Assembly: GCF_001194135.2 (NCBI RefSeq) | Contig: NC_068992.1 | Coordinates: 10,669,950-10,733,949 of the forward strand | Length of the DNA stretch: 64,000 nt | Reading direction: 5' to 3' | From: Octopus bimaculoides | Lineage: Eukaryota | Part shown: one piece after another, positions 23,311 through 36,958 of the stretch | Position numbering within the stretch: the first letter of the stretch is position 1 | Layout of the letters: each line of letters begins with the position of its first letter | Program-made: the position numbers and the translations under genes | The notes under the pieces: model-generated | What the model saw: the letters and a program-made list of their open reading frames with translations, nothing else | What the model was told of the DNA's origin: nothing | Database searches by the model: none

Positions 23311-25448
23311 TGATTGGGTGAAAATAGAATTATAAATTTATCTAAATTCAGACTTTTTGTAAAATTTATGATATGCATAATTTTTGATTCAAAACAGATT
23401 TGTTTTGTGATACATAAAATGGATTGTTTGAGGCAGTTGACACCCCTCACTTGCAATGTTTTTTGAAAGTCTAGTAAACATTTACAACAAATAAACAAAA
23501 TGGAAAAAGCCTATTTATATTGTACAAGATCCAGCTGCAGTTAAAATGAAAGAAATTATGAAAACTTTGCCACATGTAAATATAAAATCTAGTTTTAGAT
23601 GATTTCACAGGTTTTGTTAGAAATATTTCTATTGACTAGACAGTTACAATGCAAACACTGGTAATGATGATGAATAAAATGCCTTGATGCAGTACCAGGC
23701 AGTGTCTCGCATGGCTTTTTAACTTAATTGACTGGAAGTGTTATCATGTACATTGTTTTGTCTTTGTATAAAAGATTGGCTACAGCAAATATCCTACTCA
23801 ATACCTCAGATTTACTTGTCAGTTGCTTGGCCTTAACCAGTTGAGCATGTCCCTTAGTGGCTGATGATATTTGCATCTCTGATGATGATGATGATGATGA
23901 TGCAACTCATAAATAATGAGCATTAATGCTACCCAAATTCATTAAAAATATATAAACTAAAATCTTTTTGAGAATCAATGAAATTTGTCGAAGCAATCAT
24001 TAGATAAGAAGGAAATTGATTTCTGAAAGATAGTCTTTACTTTTCAATGTATGTATATATATATATATNNNNNNNNNNNNNNNNNNNNNNNNNNNNNNNN
24101 NNNNNNNNNNNNNNNNNNNNNNNNNNNNNNNNNNNNNNNNNNNNNNNNNNNNNNNNNNNNNNNNNNNNNNNNNNNNNNNNNNNNNNNNNNNNNNNNNNNN
24201 NNNNNNNNNNNNNNNNNNNNNNNNNNNNNNNNNNNNNNNNNNNNNNNNNNNNNNNNNNNNNNNNNNNNNNNNNNNNNNNNNNNNNNNNNNNNNNNNNNNN
24301 NNNNNNNNNNNNNNNNNNNNNNNNNNNNNNNNNNNNNNNNNNNNNNNNNNNNNNNNNNNNNNNNNNNNNNNNNNNNNNNNNNNNNNNNNNNNNNNNNNNN
24401 NNNNNNNNNNNNNNNNNNNNNNNNNNNNNNNNNNNNNNNNNNNNNNNNNNNNNNNNNNNNNNNNNNNNNNNNNNNNNNNNNNNNNNNNNNNNNNNNNNNN
24501 NNNTGTAAGATTATTTTCCTGTTTCAAACAAAACTTTTTTTTAAATAGAAGAAAGAGAAAAGGAGAAAGAATAAACAAGACCTGGTAACAGTGGAACTAT
24601 TTCTTGGGGAAAAAAAATCTGAAGAAATACGACACTGGTTATTTGAATCTTACCTTAGATGGTGTCAAGAGTAACATCATTCAGATGCCGATACCCTATT
24701 TTTCAATTTTGTTTTAAAAATAGATTTTCTTGTATTGCTTTTAACCTTTTAATCAGCCAATATAAAAAGATGGCAGAAATTTTTTTTTTTTCCTTTTTTT
24801 TTTTCAATTTTTGTTTTTTTTTCTCTTCGTCTCATATGAGGGGAGAAGAAAATATGATATTGAACATTAGGTGGTTTAAAAACCAATGATGAAATGAAAT
24901 CTTAGTTATCTATTTGAAGTATTACAGTAGAAGAGAGATGGCTCAGTTGACATTGTTTTGGGCTATTAATTCACTTGCAAACTGATGGAGTCATTAGAGA
25001 ATTGGATCTGATATCTCAAGGTATTTTGTCTCGAATCTCTGTCAAAATCAATTCTATCTTTCATTCTATTTGAGGTCGAACAACCCCCCTCCCCACCTGC
25101 CACAAAATATGTCAATCTAGTGATGCTGATTGAGAGAATTGTTACTGCCTAGGATGAGATACCTTACAGTTTCTGTTTTGACTCTATGACCTGACTGCAA
25201 CACCTGCAATGATATTAGTACCAAGAGGATTTGGTTATTTCCTTGCTTTGGATAACTCTAGGGTTTGGAGATGGGGGACATGTATCCATGGGCAATTTTT
25301 AGCCTTCAGAGAGAGACCTTTCCCAAGCTTGTGCATACAGATCTCCTTCAACTACATCTTCCCATCTTTAACAAATGATACATTGAATTATGTAGCCTAT
25401 GCTACACAATGTTCAAAAATAATTTTAAATAACACACAAAATAGTCAT

Positions 25449-25841
25449 AGGTGCAGAAATGGCTGTATGGTATAGGTGCAGGAGTGGTAAGTAGCTCTGT
25501 GGTAAGTAGCTTGCTTATCAACCACATGGTCCCGGGTTCAGTCCCACTGTGTGGCATCTTGGGCAAGTGTCTTCTACTATAGCCTCGGGCCGACCAAAGC
25601 CTTGTGAGTGGATTTGGTAGACGGAAACAGAAAGAAGCCTGTCGTATATATGTATATATATATGTATGTGTATATGTGTTTGTATGTCTGTGTTTATGTA
25701 CCCGTAACTTAGCGGTTACGCAAAAGAGACCGATAGAATAAGTACTAGGCTTCCAAAGAATAAGTACTGGGGTCGATTTGCTCGACTAAAAGGCAGTGCT
25801 CCAGCATGGCCGCAGTCAAATGATTGAACCAAGTAAAGAGA
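25449..25841 (+). mobile_element. SINE family A, full length (tail A1)
   Basis: Head gtggtaagtagcttgcttatcaaccacatggtcccgggttcagtcccactg...ggcaagtgtcttctactatagcctcgggccgaccaaagcc, internal (TA/TG)n, tail gtgctccagcatggccgcagtcaaatgattgaaccaagtaaagag. Confidence 0.9.
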
Positions 25842-26574
25842 TAGTTTGGATGTTTCTGATCAAAAGTGTCATTGATCTCAACTGACCTGAGGCAAAACAG
25901 CAATATTGGAAGATAGGAGAATGCAAAAGCACAACACAAGCAGTAACAACAGCGAGTATAACTGAATCAGGATCATCTTTTGTTGATTAAACTAATCTTT
26001 TTGGTATTTAATCACAAAAGAGATGACAAATGACTGCAACAATTGACACCATGCTGCACTGGAGAAAACTTGCTCTCTTAAGTAAGCACGGCAGAGATAA
26101 AGCTAAGAAGGAGAATGTGACGGTTAAGGTGCTCTTGCTGCACTCACTCTCTGCCCCTCACTGGTTCTTTTCCTTTGACTGCCTTCTCTCCACTGCCATC
26201 CTGCCTGGGGTGCTCTCACTGCACTCACCCTCTGCTCCCCTGCCTAACATCTATGGCCCCTGTAATCCTCTCTTCCTGTCACTGCTCTTACTGCATTTAC
26301 CTGGTGCTCCTTTACCCTCTGCTTTTCTTTCTCTCAATGTCCTCTCCCTGCATCTCCTTGGCCCCGTCAACACCCTCTAATCACTCCATCTTCTATCCCC
26401 GGTGATTATCCCATCTCTTTCTTTTCTAACCCTTTCTGATTCTTGACAAGCTTATTTCTTTTTTACTTTCATACTCCCTTCCTCCCATGTCTTCCTCACA
26501 CATTCTGTCTTTATAATGTGGAATTTCAATGGGTCCCCCAACACAAACCGCCAGCTACCCAACTATTCTCTGTG

Positions 26575-26722
26575 GAGGCACATGGCTTAGTGTTGAGGGT
26601 GTGGGACTCATGATCCTAAGATTGTGGTTCTGAATCCTGGACCGAGTGATACATTGTATTCTTGAGCAAAACACTTCATTTCACATTTCTCCAGTGCACT
26701 CAGCTGACAAAAGTGAGTCCTC
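26575..26722 (+). mobile_element. SINE family C head (tRNA-like)
   Basis: gaggcacatggcttagtgttgagggtgtgggactcatgatcctaagattgtggttctgaatcc...ttcttgagcaaaacacttcatttcacatttctccagtgcactcagctg; homologous to 56424-56747. Confidence 0.7.
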
Positions 26723-27039
26723 CTGTGAGAGACTGGTTCCTGTTCCAGTGGGGAAAATATTTACACCACAAAAAACCTGGGAAACTGACCCTATAGGTCT
26801 ATATGACTTGGTAAGGATCCTACTATTCTCATCCCCCTCACAAACCCACTCCATATCCTCTGTCCCTTGCATACTTCATTCCCCAACAGTATCTGCCCTG
26901 TCACTCTCTTCATTACAACTCTACCTCAACAATAAATCTGTTCCTCTCATTGTATTCTAACTTCGTTCTTAACACCTTCGTTATTCATCCTCTTCTTCTT
27001 TCAGCCATGAGGGCTCTCGTCAGGTTCATTTGTCATGCA

Positions 27040-27245
27040 AGTTGCAAAGCAACCTTGCTAGTGTTGCTGCCATAATAAATGCACCCAGGACACTTTGTAA
27101 AGTAGTTGGTATAATGAAGGGCATCTAGCCATAGAAACCAAGCCTACATTAAGATACTGGAGCCCGATTTGGTCCTTTGACTCGTCAGGTTCTGTTAAAC
27201 TGTCCAACCCATGCCAGCAAAGAATGTGAATAAAATGTTGAGGAT
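27040..27245 (+). mobile_element. family R 3' tail copy
   Basis: aatgcacccaggacactttgtaaagtagttgg...gaagggcatctagccatagaaacc...tgtccaacccatgccagca. Confidence 0.7.
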
Positions 27246-27246
27246 A

Positions 27247-27247
<1 letters not shown>

Positions 27248-27338
<91 letters not shown>

Positions 27339-27374
27339 ATGTGTGTGTGTGTGCATGTGTGTGTGTGTGTGTGT
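27248..27374. repeat. (GT)n microsatellite
   Basis: About 60 near-perfect GT units. Confidence 0.95.
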
Positions 27375-29679
27375 ACTGCTGTGTGGTCTTCTAAATTCAG
27401 GCACAAAGCATTGGCCCAAGGATGAGGTACCACTCTGTGGGACTGAACCTGAAACCTCATAGTTTTGAAGTAAACTTTTTAACCACACATCCATATCAAA
27501 GAATCTTCTAAGGACATAAGCACACACATATCTTTAGAATTCTTCAGCAAGTATTATATTTCGTTAATTTGTTCAACACTTTTCTGGATTTCTGGCATAA
27601 TACAAAAGATAGATGTCTTTTTAAAGAGACCTAAAAAGGATTGAATACTATGATATTGAGTTGAAGGCTGTATTATAGAGATTGTGTGATGTGACAATAA
27701 TAGTCCCAAATACCCGCCTGTCATTCCGCAGATAAGATTGCTTAATGGATAATATATTTGGCTACCAATCATGTTTTGGAACTCATATCTTCTCCAAGCA
27801 TTTCATTATGTATCAGAGTAGAATATTCTTTGCTTGCTTGGTTCAGCTTTGGTTCAATTAGCTGTCAGGAATAAGTACTGACTGGGAATGGTATGTTATT
27901 CCAGAAAATATTTATTTTCTAATCCAATATTAAATTCAAAGCTAAGCAACAACTCTCGAGGCACCTCTTGGAGGCCTCAGTGACATTTAGAATTTTCATT
28001 TATAGAATTTGTTGTTATTTATGCATTATAGTTACTTACAATAAAACCAAGCTCCAAAGGGAAGAAGAGGAGGTCATAAGTTGTGACAGAGAAACTAGCA
28101 AGAGAAAATTAGTGTTAAAATTGCTTAGCAATGTTGCGTTCAGAGAGAGAGAGAGAGAGTAATCACACACTGACATACACAATGTCAAGGAATCTATGTG
28201 ACTGTATGTGTGTGATTGTGTGAGATATGAATTTGCTGAGATGTGTCACTTCTCATCAGAGAATAAGAAAGCCAGCTGTGTGCTTATAGTTGTTTTCTGT
28301 AGAATACTTATCCTAACAGAGCTATGTAATTTACTTATGGGTTTTTAGATGCAATCATATCTCCAGCTGTCATATGTAGATCTATGATAAATTGAAAAGC
28401 AAAGAAAGTCATTCAAGAAATATTAGTAAAATAACAATTTTTAAAGTTTTTCTTTTAATAAATATGATAAATTTAGAACTCCAATATGATACATTGAAGG
28501 AAAAAATAAAAATTGACACTTTCGTTGGGCAATAACAGGATACAGGACTTGTGGAAAAGGTCATGGCTTGGCAATGATACTTTAAAATCTTAACGTTGAG
28601 ATTAAGGAAAGTAGAGTTAAAAGTTAGGAATAACAGAAAGTCTCTTTGTTTGGAATGTATTTGTGCATGTGTGTATAAATGTGTGTGCATGCATGCATGT
28701 GTGGGTGTGTGTGTGTGCGTGCATATGCGAGTGTGTTAAGTGTTATTGTTTGCTATTTTTGTAAATAAACTCAATGTTTACCTTTTGATACCAACCCTTC
28801 CTCGCCCCAGACTGACTCTGGTTTTTGGATATATACTTACTGTTTTAAAGTAATCTAAATTTAAACCTTCCATCAAAACTTCATGTCAGTTTCTGTTCCA
28901 TCCACCAATGACAGAGTTACTTCACCACATTCTTCACTATTTTCAAAATCAATTGAAATGAAAGCAGCGTATTTCAACAGAAATATGGCAAAAAAGGAGA
29001 TTAATATTGGTTTCAAATTTTAGCACAACCCCAGATATTTCGAGGGGAGGGGCTAAACTAATTACCATGACCCCAATGATCAACTGGTACTTATTTTTTT
29101 TACCCCAAAAAGATGAAAGGCAAAGTTGACCTGGGCACCTTTGCCTTTCATCCTTTTGGTGAATAATATTGATCTTAACAAAATTTTGGAGAATTCAACA
29201 AATTTGAAGTTCCCAGGATTTCATACAATAGTCATCATCATTAGCAGCATTTTAACATCAACATTTCCATGTCTACATGAGTTGAATGGAGTTTCTTGAG
29301 TCAGATTTTCTACAGTCAGATGTCTTTCCTATTGCCATCCTCCCTGCTGCCAACGGTTTCTAAGCCAGGTAATATTTCTCCATAGCTAGACGTGTTCTTT
29401 CAGAAAATTGGTAAAGAATGATGTTGCCTGAATGATAGTGATGATCATTTGCAAGCATTAACAAGTATCATATGATATCAAGACAAGGGAACGAGCAGAG
29501 AATGCTGAACCTTTCGGACAAGATGATAAAGGACGAAGATACATGGTGCCTTGCTGTATTCAAGAAGACCCGTCCTCCACAGCAGAAGTATTAAGGCCAC
29601 ATCTCCTGGTGAAGAAGACTGACCTGCAAGAGTCCTGTGCCAGGGCCACTTAAAAAGGACTCATGGCAGTGCCACATAA

Positions 29680-29875
29680 CAGTGCTCGTGCCGGTGGTGG
29701 GTTAGAAGCATTCAGCACACACACTGTAAAGTGGTTGGAAGACATCCAACTGTAGAAACCAAGCCAAATCAAACTGGAACCTGGTGCATTTTTCTGCCTT
29801 GCCAGCTCCGGTCAAACTGTCAAACCCATGGAAGCCAGACGTTTAACGATGATGATGATGATGATGATGATGATG
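29680..29875 (+). mobile_element. family R 3' tail copy with (GAT)n end
   Basis: acactgtaaagtggttgg...catccaactgtagaaacc...gtcaaacccatggaagccagacgtttaacgatgatgatg. Confidence 0.7.
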
Positions 29876-30156
29876 AAATACAGGTGGACCAAAGGTTACA
29901 CACCAATAATTTCATTATGTGATGGAATTGTCAAAGCCATGCTTCAGTTTTTCTAAAATTGAATAGAATAAATAAATAAACAAGGATGAATACATATGCA
30001 CTTGTACATGAGGAACAAAATGACTAATAATAATAATAATAATGATAACAATGTAATATGAATAAAATGTCAAATATTTTGGTGCGTGAATTTTGGCCCA
30101 CCATGTGTATGTGTGTGTGAAAGTGTCTTTCAGTTTCTATCTACTAAATCCAGTTT

Positions 30157-30188
<32 letters not shown>

Positions 30189-30817
30189 TCATCTGTTTGG
30201 CAGATATCAGCACACATCTGCAATTAATTTGCTGATTCCTATAAACAAGAGCTTGTATTTTTGTGCACACCTACTGATTACGGGTACCCTTGCTTTACTG
30301 CCACCATTTTGCATCCCAAATACAATGTATCTAATGGATCTTTCCTCATTTAAAGAAATAGATGCATATCTGAAAGAGATTTAACTGCTATTACTAGGAT
30401 GTTTGATGACTGTGTTAAAGGCACCCTTATTGACTCTTCTCAGTTGGTTATGAAGGTGGTGTAATTCAAAAAATATCTGTTTCTTTAATAGCCATTCTTG
30501 AAGACTTTTGACATCAAAAGTGTACTTTTATTAACCTATTTTCCCATTCAATCAAAGCTAATTATCAAAGTCATGGCCATATTTAATGAATCTATTATTA
30601 GATTTATTGAATGAATCTATTGTTAGATATATTTATTTATATTTCATAAATGGAAAGTATATTTTGTTAATTCCATCTCAATGAGGACAAATGATGCCAT
30701 TTTGCTTGTGAACAGCGCTACAAGAGTTGATAAGTATTTCCTTCATCTGTAGTACATTGTTCAAATGCTCCATCAGAAGATTTTACTCTCATCAATATGA
30801 TTTGATACTCCTGGCAC

Positions 30818-31027
30818 TGGAAGCTAGTAGAATTGTTAGAACACCAGATGAAATGCTTAACAGAATTTTGTCTGTCTTTATGCCCTGAGTTCAAATTCTA
30901 CTAAGGTTGTCTTTGCGTTTCATCCTTTTGCAGTTAATATAATAATTACAAGTTGAGCACTGGGGTCGAGGTAATCAACTTTCCCCTTCCCCCCAAAACT
31001 GCAGGCCCTGTACCAAAAATTGAAATT
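30818..31027 (+). mobile_element. SINE family B (tail B2)
   Basis: agctagtagaattgttagaacaccagatgaaatgctt...gagttcaaattc...tttcatcctttt...ccctgtaccaaaaattgaaatt. Confidence 0.75.
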
Positions 31028-32294
31028 ATTCTTTCAAATATGATTTCCTATAGTTTTTAGAAGGACCAGGTCTGTAATTGGAAAAATTTTTAATAACTTT
31101 GTTGGGTCTGGAGGAAGGTGTCATGCCAGTGAACTTTATAAGCTGGTCCTCAGGGACTAGTGAGATCGATGCTCCATTTAAACTGTTGTAAGTCAATGCC
31201 TGCAGGAAAGAAATGAGAAGGGAGAAAATTCCTGAGGATTGACGTCCTTGAGAAGAAAGAGCAAATATAAGGAATAAAGTGGATACAAGTGTATGAGAGC
31301 AGGAAAAATTATTAACCTCCTGCACTCCACACCATTCACACATCTCCCACTAAACCCATCTCCTTGCATAGATATCTTATAGGATGGGGTGCTAAAGCAT
31401 TCCTGGCTTTGGGTAATGGAAAATACAGGAGGGTCAGGAAATTATGATTTAATTCAACATATTTCCCTCTCAGATTCACACACTTATTGCAGCTGTCCTT
31501 GAGTTTTTCTAAGCCCTGAAAAAAGAACTCAAAAGTTTGGACCTCCAGCCAGGCCTTTCATGATACCCTTAAAGTCAAGAAATTTTCAGCACCCCCTCAA
31601 ATATGCACACAACACACCACCACACCTTATCTTCCTAACTTCTCTCCACTTAACTACATTCCTACCTGGCCCTTAAACTTCTTTTTTTCTTCCCAGCTTT
31701 CTCTGACCTTTCCTCCTTTTTTCCTTTTCCTGATGAAAGACAAGCATCCAAAATCTTAAAGACCTCCTCCTTTGCCTTTCAAGTATTAGACTAACAACAT
31801 CTCTGTTAAATCTTGTCCCTCTTGTGTTCTTTCCTGTTTTTGCTCATTAATATAAGATACAAACTACTGTCCACTCAATAAGAAGAAAATACTCAAGCCA
31901 ACAGCAGCTCTAAATAAAATATAACTTTCAATTTCTTTTCCCAAAGAATATCAATTGAATTGAGAAGATAAAAGACTTTAATACTTGAAAAGTATTTGGT
32001 TATTTAATTCCTATGTGTAACTGTTAATTAAAATATATTAATTCTATGTGTAGCTGTTAATTAAAATATATTCGTAAGATTCTATTGTTAATGTGAAAAA
32101 GCTGTTTTAATCCTAATTAGTAATTTTAGATTAGTATCTCTTCTGTTCTACAATGTCTTTTATTTAGGCATTGAACCTAAGATATCATTAACTGTCTTCA
32201 GAGAATTAATTTTCCTTGGAATATCTAGTCTTATTTAGTCGCTCTTAATAATAGTGATTTTATTCTTAATTTGAAGAGGAAAAACATCAACACA

Positions 32295-32478
32295 ATTTAG
32301 CAAGCTGGGTAAAATGCTTAGTTGCATTTTGTCCGTCTTTACATTCTAAGATCAAATTCCACTGAGGGTTGATGTTACCTTTCATCCTCTCAGGGTCATT
32401 AAAATAAGTACCAGTTGAATACTGGGGTTGATGTAACTGACTTCCCCTTCCCTCAAAAACCACTGGCCTTGCACCAAG
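32295..32478 (+). mobile_element. SINE family B (tail B2)
   Basis: atttagcaagctgggtaaaatgcttag...cctttcatcctctcagggtcattaaaataagtaccagttgaatactgggg...ggccttgcacc. Confidence 0.75.
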
Positions 32479-32630
32479 GTTAGAAATATTTTGAGGCAGT
32501 GGGTTGGCACAATTGTTTGTGAGTTGGACAAAAAGCTTAGCAGTATTCTTTCTGGTTTTATAATCTGAGTTCAACTTCTGCTAAGACTGACTTTGCCTTA
32601 CATCTGTTTAGGGTTGATAAAATAAGTACC

Positions 32631-32741
32631 AACATTCAACACCACTGAATGTGAGGTCTTCAATTTCCCTTTCTGGAAAGTGGCCTTGGCACATTTATCA
32701 AGACCAAATTCTATCCTGATGTCATCATTGAATGCTTTCAC
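32631..32741 (-). mobile_element. R4/Dong-like LINE reverse transcriptase fragment
   Basis: Open frame on -: VKAFNDDIRIEFGLDKCAKATFQKGKLKTSHSVVLNV; EFGLDKCAK is the characteristic RT domain-6/7 motif of R4/Dong-type elements. Confidence 0.8.
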
Positions 32742-33139
32742 ATTACTACCATTATTACTGTTGCTGTTGTTGTTGTTGTTTTTGTCCTTATCCTTGTTTT
32801 AATGTATGTCTCTCATTCTATCAGTTTTTCTTTATGTTTGAAATACAGTATACCCCAACATTTCTCAGATTCATTCTCAAGATTCCTTTCCCTATCTTAC
32901 TTTGTTTACTGCAATTCTGAGAATCCTCCACTTTCAATTATCTTTCTCATCTATTTGATGCAGTATATTCTCATTAGTGTCTATATACTCATTAGTAGAT
33001 GTATATTAGATTAGTATATTCTCATTAGTGTCTATATAAGCACAGCTGCTTCTTCTGCTTACGTTGGCTAATAACTTTTATACTACACCACTTTTTATTG
33101 TTCCCTTATGCTTTCATGTCTCATTCAAGTCAACCAACT

Positions 33140-33345
33140 GGGAAAGGCTGCGGTGTTGTTTCTGAACCTGCTAAAAATATGAAGTAATTGACATTAAGAA
33201 GGGCATTCAGTGATAGAAACCATTCCAGAACAGACAGTTAGAACCTGGACAGCACCCCAGCTGTCCAGCTCCTGTCAAACCATCCAACCCATGCCAGCAT
33301 GGAAAAACAGACGTTAAATGTTGATGGTAAAGATGTTAATGATGA
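33140..33345 (+). mobile_element. family R 3' tail copy
   Basis: attaagaagggcattcag...ctcctgtcaaaccatccaacccatgccagcatggaaaaacagacgttaaatgttgatg. Confidence 0.7.
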
Positions 33346-34713
33346 CAGAGTTTGAAATGGCGAAGAGTTGTGAGAAATGGTAAGAATTGAACTCAGACTC
33401 TAAAGAACCAAAAGAAAGCCATTTTCCTGATGCTTCTAATAATTCTACCAGCTTATCTTTAACTTGGAGTTAGATAACAGCATCTTTTATTCAAGTTACC
33501 ATATGTTTTAATAATTTTGAATATCTCTACAGACTTTCTGACAGAAGTTCATCACCAACCATATGGTGACATTTCTTTCCTGGGGAGATGAAATTAACAA
33601 AATATACCTTCAAGGTATAAAGTTTAAGTGTGCACATAGATACATACATACATACATACATACATACATCATACACACACATATATACAGACATACATAC
33701 ACACATACATATATGTGTGTAAGTATATGTATCTATCCTTGTAAATATAGACACGCACACACGTATATATAACAAAAGATTCATTACCTTTAATTAGATA
33801 CCTCTGTGACTTGAATTATTGGCTTGGGGTGGGTGGCCAAAATAGTTTAATAAAAGTACTTTTTTTTATGTCAAAAGTCTTCCTTCAAGAGTGGTTGGCT
33901 ATTAAAGAACCAGACATATAGACAAAAGCAAGAACATAAATAAATATGAAAATAACTGACAGAATAATTCAATGAAATGAAGTACCATTGCGACACAATC
34001 TCAAAAATAATCAGCTGACATTAACACATTTCAAGGATATAATTATATTTCAGAAAATAATGAAGCAAAAAAATACAAAGGAAGCTAGCAAAATAGAGTA
34101 ACTACCTACACAAACAGATTTCATATTTGGTTTTTATAAAAAGAACAAGACTTGTTTTTTTTTTTTGAGAAAAATAGCATTTTTGTTTTTCACTATCTGA
34201 GACTATTTGAAATATGTGAGAAAGAAAAAAAAAGAAAAACAACTTGTGGTCAACAAATATTAAAGGGGCAATGTGGTACAAGCATTTATATCAAGAAAGG
34301 CCTATATCAGAACATGAAATTAATGTATTATGTCTAATGCTTAAATTTTGGCACTACTTAGAGATAAACTTACTGTATAAGGCAGTATGAGATACAGTGC
34401 TCAAGTTTTCAGTAGGAGCATACAGTAATTATTTACTAAATCATTTTTATAGCTGTTATTATTATTATTGTTCAGTAGTTTTATTTTTATAACGTGCTTT
34501 CACTTCACTACCGAGCACAGCTCTGTGTGCCTTGGGTACATGCTGTGGTTTACTGTGATGCTCTTATGGTTACTGTATTAAAAGTGTTTTGCGTAGGATG
34601 TGTGCAGTGCCCAGAAATGCAATTTTCTGTATGTTATATATACTTGTAAGTCCTCGTGTTTTTGCTATGTATTTGTCCGAATATTTTTTTATCATACACC
34701 TACAATGATAGGG

Positions 34714-34733
34714 ATTATTATTATTATTATTAC

Positions 34734-34769
<36 letters not shown>

Positions 34770-34793
34770 TATTATTATTATTATTATTATTCT

Positions 34794-34840
<47 letters not shown>

Positions 34841-34855
34841 TTACTACTACTATTA
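34714..34855. repeat. (TAT)n-(TAC)n compound trinucleotide microsatellite
   Basis: Directly visible; source of poly-I/T/Y ORFs. Confidence 0.95.
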
Positions 34856-35015
34856 GCTGGACGAAATGCTTAGCAGTATTTTGTGCCCATCACTTCGTTC
34901 TGAGTTCAAACTCCACTGAGGTCAACTTTACCTTTCATCCTTTCAGGGTCGATGAATTAAGTACCAGTTAATTTATCCCTCCTTCTAAATTTCGGACCTT
35001 GTACCTATAACAGAA
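34853..35015 (+). mobile_element. SINE family B
   Basis: ttagctggacgaaatgcttagcagtatttt...gagttcaaactccactgaggtcaactttacctttcatcctttcagggtcgatgaattaagtaccag. Confidence 0.8.
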
Positions 35016-35024
35016 AAGATTATT

Positions 35025-35298
35025 TCTTTTTACCATAGGTTTTGTTGGAACTCCTGGAGTCTTCAATGCCTGCAACCTATGGTGCCATGCTATCTGTTCT
35101 TTTCAATTATCTAATACTTACCTAATTATTCTGGCTGTGCTAAGGAGACAAGCCTTTTGTAACAGTTCTCCAATTTCCTTTATATTTCTCATGATACCTT
35201 CTAATACTATTATTCTCAAGGAACCAACAATAATTGGCACTTTTTTTCACCTTCTTCATTCTCCATAGTCAGGATATTTCGTACTTAAGAGGGTTGTA

Positions 35299-35302
<4 letters not shown>
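35025..35302 (-). mobile_element. R4/Dong-like LINE 3' end (REL endonuclease C-terminus + 3' UTR), abutting (AAT)n
   Basis: On -: KYNPLKYEIS*LWRMKKVKKVPIIVGSLRIIVLEGIMRNIKEIGELLQKACLLSTARIIR*VLDN*; matches REL pattern KY..L..EI.RLW.M.KV..VPI..G.LG...ELLQKACLLGTARI.R.VLD. Confidence 0.85.
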
Positions 35303-35332
<30 letters not shown>

Positions 35333-35364
35333 ATTATTGTTGTTGTTGTTGCTACTATTACTAT

Positions 35365-35571
35365 TAAGGCAACCAGCTGGCAGAATTGTTGGCAAAATTC
35401 TTAGTGGCATTTTGTCCAACTTTATGTTCTGAGTTCAAAACCCACCAAGGTCGACTTTGCCTTCCATCCTTTTGGTGTTATTAAAATAATTATCAGTTGA
35501 GCACTGGGGTAGATGCAATCGACTTATCCACGCCATTGAAGTTGCTGGCCTTGTGCCAAAATTTGAAACCA
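35365..35571 (+). mobile_element. SINE family B (tail B2); a second degenerate copy follows at about 35585-35745
   Basis: aaggcaaccagctggcagaattgttgg...gagttcaaaacccaccaaggtcgactttgccttccatccttt...ggccttgtgccaaaatttgaaacc. Confidence 0.8.
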
Positions 35572-36374
35572 TTATTAAAATTATTGAGGCATTGAGCTGG
35601 CAAAATCATCATCATGCTGGACAAAATTCTTAGCTGTATTTTATCAGTTTTTACATTTTTAGTTCAAATTCTGCTGAGGTTGATTTGCTTTTTATCTTTT
35701 CAGGGTCAATAAAATAAGCAACAGTTGAGCACTGGGGTAAATGGAAACCCACCTTGTGTGTGTGTGTGTGTGTGTGTCCTACATCTTGGTGACTTGTGTT
35801 GGTTTGTTTACCTATACATAACTTATCAGTTTAAGAAATGTGACTGATAGATTAAGTACCAGACTTGAATAAAAAAAATTGTAAGTACAGGGGCTGATTT
35901 GTTTGACTAGACCCTTTGGCTGCAGTCCAATGACTGAGACAAGTATAAGATACAAGATGTAAATAAATGCATCTGGCATTTTGTCTAACACTCGTTATTC
36001 TGTTAATCTTGCACTAATATCCAGAAAATGCTGAATTTCTGGGATTGCTTGTGAAATCCATCCAAGAAATTTAAAGCTGAGTCTAAATAACTTGGATTAA
36101 AAAGGCCCCCGCTTTTGATGGCTTGACATTAATGGTATACATTTATAGAACAGTTCCAGAGATAAATGAAAATATATTTTATAATCTCTATCAAAGCAGA
36201 CATTAACAAACAAGAGTGCTTATTAAATATTGTAATTTAGTACATCATTTAGACTGTGTTCATATATAATCGATCATTTCCCTACCACACCGCTTAATCC
36301 ACAGAAGATATTAAGTGAAAATAGTAAACTTTCCAGTTTCTCTATTTTTATCTGAAATATTAACTCTGAAAAAC

Positions 36375-36394
36375 ATATGTTCGAAGAGATGATG

Positions 36395-36477
<83 letters not shown>
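36375..36477. repeat. (AAT)n microsatellite
   Basis: About 34 perfect units. Confidence 0.95.
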
Positions 36478-36479
<2 letters not shown>

Positions 36480-36885
36480 CTGTATCTGTGCATACATTGA
36501 TTTGTATACAGATAACAAAACAAAGAAAAAGAAAGAGGACATTATTTGACCCCACAAAAATTCTTGCTTACATCTCAAAAAATTAAAATAAAATAATAAT
36601 AATAGTAGTAATAATCACAACAACAACAAAAACAGCAGCAGCAATTTGGTGAAATAGATACAGTATGCTTTTATCATTGAAAACTTAACTTGTGCACTGT
36701 ATGGCCAAATAATCACACAGGAAGCATTACAAGTCAATTGCTTGGGAAAAGAAACCATTAAGTGCGATGTGTAGTATCTCATCACTGATATATTTATAAT
36801 TTTATATGTATTTATATGTGTGTGTGTATGTGTATGTATATACATATATCATCATATATATTTATATATATAGTATTAAAAATCT

Positions 36886-36958
<73 letters not shown>

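Noticed and set aside
24649-24800. Strong minus-strand donor AG/GTAAG at 24654 and a plus-strand CCAAT-TATAAAA-AAGATGGC cluster
   Set aside because: No polypyrimidine acceptor and stops in all frames; short promoter-like motifs are expected by chance in AT-rich DNA.
26030-26380. 116-aa Leu/Pro/Ser-rich ORF
   Set aside because: Composition follows from the C/T skew; no domain recognised.
32008-33035. Short tandem duplications (about 33 bp at 32008-32073; about 22 bp at 32966-33037)
   Set aside because: Ordinary replication-slippage duplications with no further structure.
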